DNA of 64,000 nt from Alphaproteobacteria bacterium (GTDB lineage: Bacteria; Pseudomonadota; Alphaproteobacteria; CALKHQ01). The notes under the pieces were generated by a model. That model saw only the letters and a list, made by a program, of their open reading frames with translations. It was not told the origin of the DNA and did not search any database. The stretch covers positions 3,520,001 through 3,584,000 of the forward strand of contig CBDDFZ010000001.1 of the NCBI GenBank assembly GCA_965227515.1, read 5' to 3'. Position numbers and translations under genes: made by a program. Below are positions 55,880 through 64,000 of the stretch, piece by piece; position 1 is the first letter of the stretch, and the number at the start of each line of letters is the position of its first letter.

Positions 55880-56599
55880 TCATCGCGCGGTGCGGGCCAG
55901 GTACACCGTCTGGGTGAAGTCGTTGCCCTGCAAAGGGTTGTGGAACGTCACCGGCGCGGCCCGACTGTCCGCGAAGCAAGCGGCGAGGCGCGCCGTGAAG
56001 GCATCGTCCGGCGGCTCGTTGGACCACAGGCCGAAGACCCCGCCCGGCTTCAGGTGGCGGGCCACGCCGGCCAGGCCCCGGGGCGTGTAGAAACCGGCAT
56101 TGCCGGGGTCGAGTAACGCAGTCGGGGAGTGGTCGATGTCGACCAGGACGGCGTCGAACCGCCGGCGCGGCAGGTTCGGGTCGAACCCGTCCGCGGCCGC
56201 CGCCAGCGCGAAGAAGTCGCCTTCCACGAACCGGCAGCGCGGATCACCGGTCAGTTCCGGCCCCAGGGGCAGCAACCCGGACCGGTGCCAGTCGATCACC
56301 GCGTCCAGGGCGTCGACCACGATCAGCGACGCGACGCTGGCATCGGCCAGAACTTCGCGCGCGGTGTAGCCGAGCCCCAGGCCGCCGACCACGACGTCGG
56401 CCCCGCCCCGTCCGAGTTCCGCCAACCCAAGCCGCGCCAGCGCGACCTCGGAGTCCGTGAACAGGCTGGTCATCAGGAACTCGTCGCCGAGCTTGATCTC
56501 GATCACGTCGACACCGAGCGACAGGTCGTGCCGCCGGCGCAGGCTCAGCTCGCCGATGGGCGTGGCGCGGTAGTCGAGCTCCTCGAACATCGGTGGCAT
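55880..56599 (-). CDS. spermidine synthase-like SAM-dependent transferase
   Basis: EFLMTS, VGGLGLG SAM-binding loop, DA.LVDIDH, L.PGG...LWS. Confidence 0.85.
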   Translation of the reverse strand: MPPMFEELDYRATPIGELSLRRRHDLSLGVDVIEIKLGDEFLMTSLFTDSEVALARLGLAELGRGGADVVVGGLGLGYTAREVLADASVASLIVVDALDAVIDWHRSGLLPLGPELTGDPRCRFVEGDFFALAAAADGFDPNLPRRRFDAVLVDIDHSPTALLDPGNAGFYTPRGLAGVARHLKPGGVFGLWSNEPPDDAFTARLAACFADSRAAPVTFHNPLQGNDFTQTVYLARTAR

Positions 56600-56761
56600 G
56601 TGAAGGCGTCCTCTTGGTCAGGGCGGCGGCCAACCTGCCGGACGAGTCCGGCCGCAACAGCGGGCAGATGGCCGGCTTGCACGATAATTGCTTTCGCCAT
56701 GCGGCGGGGCTTCATAAGATCGTCAATGCGATCGCACGGCAACGGTTGCAAGGGGGTGCCT

Positions 56762-57721
56762 GTGTTTGGCCATGCGTTGGACCTGCGATATTTGCGCTCC
56801 TTCCTCGTCGTGGCGGAGACCGGCAGCGTCACCCAGGCAGCGGCCCAGCTCGGCCGCACCCAGCCGGCCATCACCATGCAGTTGCAGAAGCTGGAGGAGC
56901 TGGTCGGCAAGCAGCTCTTCACGCCGGAAAGCCGTCGCACGCAGCTGACCGAGGACGGCGAAGTGGTGCTGCACTATGCCAAGTCGCTGCTGCGGATGCA
57001 GGACGAGATGATGCTGCGCCTGTCGACCGCGCCGATCCAGGGCCACGTCATCCTGGGCACGCCGGACCTCTATGCCGCCTATCTGCTGCCGCCGGTGCTG
57101 GCCCGGTTCCGACAGGCATTCCCCGGCATCCAGGTCGAGCTGCGGTGCTCGCTCAGCACGCCGCTGCTCAGCCTGGTCCGGCAGGGCGAGGTCGACATTG
57201 CCCTAATCACCCGCATGCGCGGGTTCACCGGCGGACAGGTTGTGCACCAGGAACAGCTCATCTGGGTCGCCAGCAAGCGCTATGACGCGCATCTGAAGGA
57301 CCCTGTGCCGCTGGCCGTTCTGCCGCCGGGCAATATCTTTCGCGAGCATGCGATCGACGCGCTGGAAAGATCGGGGCGGCGCTGGCGCGTGATCTGCACC
57401 AGCGAGAGCATGGGCGGGCTGCAGGCGGCCGTGTTCGCCGGCATGGCGGTGGCGGTGGTGGCGCAGTCCGCCCTGGTCCCCGGCATGCGCCAGATCGGGC
57501 CCGAGGAGTATTTTCCGGCGCTGCCCAAGGTGGACCTGCTGCTCTATCGCGCACCGAGCAAGAGCGACGACGCCACCAAGACCCTGGCTGACTACCTCGG
57601 CCACTTCCTGCGCTTCGGCCGCGACGCCATGCCGGCCTCGGGTCAGCCAGGTGCATCGCCGGACAAGGGCGAGGACGCATGGCACGAGCCGCTGGCCGAA
57701 GTCGCCGGCGGCCGGCGCTGA
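56762..57721 (+). CDS. LysR family transcriptional regulator
   Basis: LDLRYLRSF..VAE.GS.T.AA..L..TQPAIT.Q...LE HTH; start site uncertain. Confidence 0.92.
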   Translation: MFGHALDLRYLRSFLVVAETGSVTQAAAQLGRTQPAITMQLQKLEELVGKQLFTPESRRTQLTEDGEVVLHYAKSLLRMQDEMMLRLSTAPIQGHVILGTPDLYAAYLLPPVLARFRQAFPGIQVELRCSLSTPLLSLVRQGEVDIALITRMRGFTGGQVVHQEQLIWVASKRYDAHLKDPVPLAVLPPGNIFREHAIDALERSGRRWRVICTSESMGGLQAAVFAGMAVAVVAQSALVPGMRQIGPEEYFPALPKVDLLLYRAPSKSDDATKTLADYLGHFLRFGRDAMPASGQPGASPDKGEDAWHEPLAEVAGGRR

Positions 57722-57733
57722 CCTAACCGAAGT

Positions 57734-59239
57734 TTACTGTTCCGACGCCGCGAGCGGTGGGGCCGTGTCGGCGTCGCCGGCACCCAACGTCGGCCAATGG
57801 TCCGCCCAGGGCCGAAGGATCTCCATGCTGGCGGCAACGCGGAAGATCGTGGTCTCGTCCAGCCACGGTGCCACGATCTGCAAGCCGATCGGCAAGCCGT
57901 CGCGGTCGAAACCGTTGGGCACGGTGGCCGCCGGCAGGCCCGCGAGATTGATCGGCCAGGAGAACGGCGACCAGCCGAGATGCCGGTCCACCGTACGCCC
58001 ATCGATCTCGTCGACCCCAAGCGTACCGGCGGCAAACGCCGTCGTCGCCACCGTCGGCGTGACCAATGCCGCAACATCGTCGAACAGCTTCACGAAACTG
58101 CCGCGCAATTGCGCGCGCCGGTGGGTGGCAGCCATGTAGTCGCGCCCGCTGTAAACCTGCCCCTTGCGCACGACGTCGGCGAAGTCGGGCTCGGACAGGC
58201 CGAGCTCTTCCTCGGATCGCGTCATCGCCGCCGTCGACTGCTCGGTGTAGCCGATGGGCTTCAGGATGCCGGTCAGCGCATCCTCCGGCACCGCCAGGTC
58301 CGCTTCCACCAGTTCCGCGCCCAGTTCCTCCAGCGCGGCCAGCGATGCCTCGAACGCCGCGCGCACGTCCGGGTCCAGCGCAGCCCAGCCGAAATCAGCC
58401 GTGTAGGCGATGCGCATGCCGGCGATGCCGTCGCCCGCCAGCATGTGCAGGCGCGGCTGCACCGGCAAGCTGACCGCGTCGCGCCGGTCATAGCCCTCGA
58501 TCACGCTCAGCAGCAGCGCCGTGTCGCCGACCGTTCGGCCGATGGGGCCGGTGTGCGCCAGCGAGCCCCAGCTCGGCGGAAAGAAGCCGGGCGCGCGCGG
58601 CACCAGGCCAAACGTCGGCTTGATACCGAATACGCCACAGAACGAGGACGGCACCCGAATGGAACCGACCGCATCGGTACCGATGGCCAGCGGGCCGCAA
58701 CCGGCCGCCACCGCCGCCGCCGCACCGCCGCTGGAGCCGCCGCTGGTGCGGTCCAGCCGCCAGGGGTTGCGGGTGATTCCCGAGACCGGGCTGTCGGCGG
58801 TCAGCTTGTATCCGCTCTCGCAGGTCGTGGTCTTGCACGTCATCACCGCGCCGGCGCGGCGCAGCGCCTGCACGACGGCGGAGTCCTCGCTCGGCACATG
58901 GCCGTTGTTCATCGGCGAGCCGCCCAGCGCCGGCACCCCCGCGACATAGACCAGGTCCTTGACCGTCACCGGCACGCCCTGCAGGGCGCCCGCGTTCTCG
59001 CCACGGGCCCAGGCAGCGGTGGCGCGAGCGGCCTCGGCGCGGGCCTGTTCGAACATCTCGGTGACAATCACACCGCAAACGGCATCCGTCGCCTCGAGCG
59101 CGCAAATGACGTCGTCGACCACTTCGCTGGGGGAGAAGTCGCCGTTCTGGTAGCCCTCCATCAGGGCAATCGCGGGCATTCTGGCAAATGCGCCAGTTGG
59201 CTTGTTCTTGGTGGACACTGATGCTCTCTCCTGGGCCAC
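57734..59239 (-). CDS. amidase signature family protein
   Basis: GVP.TVKD (catalytic Lys), GGSSGG, GTDAVGSIR, GIKPT, P.N..G.PA..VP, GLP.GLQ. Confidence 0.92.
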   Translation of the reverse strand: MAQERASVSTKNKPTGAFARMPAIALMEGYQNGDFSPSEVVDDVICALEATDAVCGVIVTEMFEQARAEAARATAAWARGENAGALQGVPVTVKDLVYVAGVPALGGSPMNNGHVPSEDSAVVQALRRAGAVMTCKTTTCESGYKLTADSPVSGITRNPWRLDRTSGGSSGGAAAAVAAGCGPLAIGTDAVGSIRVPSSFCGVFGIKPTFGLVPRAPGFFPPSWGSLAHTGPIGRTVGDTALLLSVIEGYDRRDAVSLPVQPRLHMLAGDGIAGMRIAYTADFGWAALDPDVRAAFEASLAALEELGAELVEADLAVPEDALTGILKPIGYTEQSTAAMTRSEEELGLSEPDFADVVRKGQVYSGRDYMAATHRRAQLRGSFVKLFDDVAALVTPTVATTAFAAGTLGVDEIDGRTVDRHLGWSPFSWPINLAGLPAATVPNGFDRDGLPIGLQIVAPWLDETTIFRVAASMEILRPWADHWPTLGAGDADTAPPLAASEQ

Positions 59240-59280
59240 CCCGCCTGGCGAGGTGAGGACGGCCGACGGCCGCCCTTAAT

Positions 59281-60075
59281 TCATGCGATCTGCGCTACCG
59301 CGCGACGGGTCAATGTCGTGATCAGGCTCCCTCTATAGGCCGCGGGCCCATGAATATCGCTGACGAGGCTTTCGGTCGGCACGGCGATGCCGTCGACCGC
59401 CTGCGGGTCGAACGACGACCCGAGCGCGTCCTCGAACGCCGGCATGCGGAACACGCACGGGCCGGCCCCGGTGACGGCAACCCGCACACCAGCCGACGTC
59501 CGCGCGACGAACACGCCGACAAGGGCGTAGCGCGACGCCGGGCTCTTGAATTTCACGTAGGCGGCGGCCTCGGGCACCGGGAAGCTGACCGCTGTCACGA
59601 TCTCATCGTCACCGAGCGCGGTCTCGAACATGCCGGTGAAGAAGTCCTCGGCCGGGATGCTGCGGGTGTCGGTCACCACCGTCGCACCCAACCCCACCAG
59701 GCCGGCCGGATAGTCGGCTGCGGGGTCGTTGTTGGCGATGGAGCCGCCGATGGTGCCGCGATTGCGCACCTGGGGATCGCCGATGCCGCCGGCCAACGCC
59801 GCCAGCGCCGGGATCTTGGCCTGCACCAGTTCGGACCGCGCCACCGAGTCGTGCGGAGTCATGGCACCGATCACCAGGGCGCTGTCCTTTTCCTCGATGG
59901 CGCTGAGCGACGGCACGCCGGCCAGTGTCACCAGGTCGGACGGGGCGGCCAGCCGCTGCTTGATGGTTGGCATCAGCGTCATGCCGCCGGCCATCAGCTT
60001 CGCCTCCGGATTGGCACCGAGCAGCGCCTTGGCGGCGTCGAGGCCGTCGGGACGATGGAACGAGAATTCAGGCAT
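59281..60075 (-). CDS. coxM: molybdenum hydroxylase FAD-binding subunit (CoxM/CutM-like)
   Basis: MAGGMTL.P, IGDPQVRNRGTIGGS.ANNDPAAD, KF..PASRYA. Confidence 0.88.
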   Translation of the reverse strand: MPEFSFHRPDGLDAAKALLGANPEAKLMAGGMTLMPTIKQRLAAPSDLVTLAGVPSLSAIEEKDSALVIGAMTPHDSVARSELVQAKIPALAALAGGIGDPQVRNRGTIGGSIANNDPAADYPAGLVGLGATVVTDTRSIPAEDFFTGMFETALGDDEIVTAVSFPVPEAAAYVKFKSPASRYALVGVFVARTSAGVRVAVTGAGPCVFRMPAFEDALGSSFDPQAVDGIAVPTESLVSDIHGPAAYRGSLITTLTRRAVAQIA

Positions 60076-60087
60076 CCGCGCGCGCTC

Positions 60088-62475
<2,388 letters not shown>

Positions 62476-62487
62476 GACGCTCTCTCC

Positions 62488-62979
62488 CTACGACGCCGAG
62501 CGCATCGCGGCAGCGCCGGCGATGACGGACTTGACGATGTTCTGGTAGCCGGTGCAGCGGCAGATGTTGCCTTCCAGCCAGTGGCGCACGTCGGCTTCGC
62601 TCGGCTCCGGATTGCGGGAGACCAGGTCGAGCGCGCTCATCACCATGCCGGGGGTGCAGAAACCGCATTGCAGGCCGTGGCATTCGTGGAACGCCTGCTG
62701 CATCGGGTGCAGGGTGTCGTCGGTGGCCAGCCCCTCGATGGTGGTGACCTCGGCGCCGTCGGCCTCCACCGCCAGCATGGTGCAGCTCTTCACCGACGCA
62801 CCGTCGACGAGCACCACGCAGGCACCGCACTGGCTGGTGTCACAGCCCTGGTGCGTGCCGGTCAGGCGAAGCTGCTCGCGCAGGAAATCCATCAACAGCG
62901 TCGACGGCGACACCGTTTCGGTCACGTCCTCGCCGTTGACCTTGAGTGAGACTTCCATCGCTCCGTTCCCTTTGCTCAT
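62488..62979 (-). CDS. coxS: molybdenum hydroxylase 2Fe-2S subunit (CoxS/CutS-like)
   Basis: [27 protein letters not shown]. Confidence 0.92.
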   Translation of the reverse strand: MSKGNGAMEVSLKVNGEDVTETVSPSTLLMDFLREQLRLTGTHQGCDTSQCGACVVLVDGASVKSCTMLAVEADGAEVTTIEGLATDDTLHPMQQAFHECHGLQCGFCTPGMVMSALDLVSRNPEPSEADVRHWLEGNICRCTGYQNIVKSVIAGAAAMRSAS

Positions 62980-63031
62980 CGGTTCCTTGTTCTCCCTGCC
63001 GGACTGCGTGTCCGGCCGATATCGGGTTCCT

Positions 63032-64000
63032 TCAGATCAGCATCCGCGTCTCTTCGGCCCGCCACCGGGCAGTGACGGGCTGCCCCTCCTCCACCGGCGC
63101 GGCAAAGAATTCCTTCTCTCCGACGTATGCGAAGAACGGCTGGTCCGATCCGGTCGCGAGTTCCACCTTGACGAAAGTGCCCTGGTACTCGACCGCAAGA
63201 ACCGTGCCCGGCAGCGCGCCGTAGCCGCCATCGTCGCCGGCCGATCCGGCCGCCAGGTGGACCAGATCGCGGCGCACCGCGATGTCGATGTTGCTGCCGG
63301 CATGGGGTGCGGCGCCGTTCAACAGCGGCACCTGGAACGACGTTCCGCCCGCAGGCTCCAGCATCGCGGTGGTACCCTCAACATTGGCGACCTTGGCGCT
63401 CAGCACGTTCTGGCCACCCAGAAAATCGGCGACGTAGCGGTCCTTCGGCTTGGCATAGACATCGTGGGCCGAACCGGACTGGCGGATCTTGCCGTGCTCC
63501 ATCACCACGACCAGGTCGGCGAGCGCGATGGCCTCCAGCTGAGTGTGGGTGACGTGGACGAAGGTGATGCCGAGGTCACGCTGCATGCGCCGCAGTTCTG
63601 AGCGCATCTGCACCCGGAGCTGCTCGTCCAGGGCCGACAGCGGCTCGTCGAGCAGCAGCACCTTCGGCTCGGTGATCGCCGCCCGGGCCAGCGCCACGCG
63701 CTGCTGCTGGCCGCCGGACAACTGCCCCGGCAGCCGGTCGGCCATGGCCGTGAGCTGCACCTTCTCGATCATCGCGTCCGCGGCGCGATAGCGGTCCGAC
63801 TTCGACATGCCGCGCACCCGCATCGAGAACGCCACGTTGTCGCGCACGCTCAGGTGCGGGAACAGGGCATAGGACTGGAACATCATCGCGGTGCGGCGTT
63901 CCAGCGGCTCCATGCCGACGACGTTCTCGCCGCCGATCAGGATCTCGCCGTCGGAGGGGTCCTCGTGGCCGGCGATCATCCGCAGAATGGTGGTCTTGCC
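63032..64000 (-). CDS. ABC transporter ATP-binding protein, PotA-like (5' end beyond the window)
   Basis: Frame is open to the window edge ([11 protein letters not shown]); [22 protein letters not shown]. Confidence 0.92.
   Translation of the reverse strand, partial: GKTTILRMIAGHEDPSDGEILIGGENVVGMEPLERRTAMMFQSYALFPHLSVRDNVAFSMRVRGMSKSDRYRAADAMIEKVQLTAMADRLPGQLSGGQQQRVALARAAITEPKVLLLDEPLSALDEQLRVQMRSELRRMQRDLGITFVHVTHTQLEAIALADLVVVMEHGKIRQSGSAHDVYAKPKDRYVADFLGGQNVLSAKVANVEGTTAMLEPAGGTSFQVPLLNGAAPHAGSNIDIAVRRDLVHLAAGSAGDDGGYGALPGTVLAVEYQGTFVKVELATGSDQPFFAYVGEKEFFAAPVEEGQPVTARWRAEETRMLI

Noticed and set aside
56677-56692. TTGCACGATAATTGCT, sigma54-like sequence upstream of LysR
   Set aside because: It lacks the invariant GG at -24 (TG instead)

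Overview
High-GC window from what looks like an alphaproteobacterial chromosome; the very acidic periplasmic binding proteins hint at a saline habitat (inference). It is packed with catabolic and transport operons. In order: (1) a PotABCD-like ABC importer with an enolase-superfamily enzyme and two SDRs; (2) a MacAB/FtsX-type exporter behind a sigma54-type promoter; (3) a Pho-box-preceded C-P lyase core operon phnGHIJKLM with no transporter; (4) a MarR-regulated fcs/enoyl-CoA hydratase/amidohydrolase/acyl-CoA dehydrogenase/TRAP cluster for hydroxycinnamate-like compounds; (5) an IclR-regulated divergent cluster with an intradiol dioxygenase, a Tat-exported amidohydrolase, a stand-alone MetE catalytic domain, an atypical citryl-CoA lyase-like protein, a family III CoA-transferase, YciI, a TRAP system whose binding protein lacks the carboxylate-binding Arg, and a flavin reductase; (6) a galactose/galactonate-type sugar operon; (7) a compositionally distinct signalling module (REC-PleC/DivJ-like kinase, lipoprotein binding protein, membrane histidine kinase); (8) a LysR/amidase/form II coxSLM-like/ABC cluster cut by the window edge. 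The intergenic regions carry two families of CGTC-type palindromic repeats. One family forms three ~175-180 bp composite elements with covarying hairpins and an IHF-like motif at a fixed offset. I saw no rRNA, tRNA, CRISPR array, transposase or integrase. The best candidates for undescribed biology are cluster 5, module 7 and the composite repeats. All functional calls come from motif recognition without database searches.
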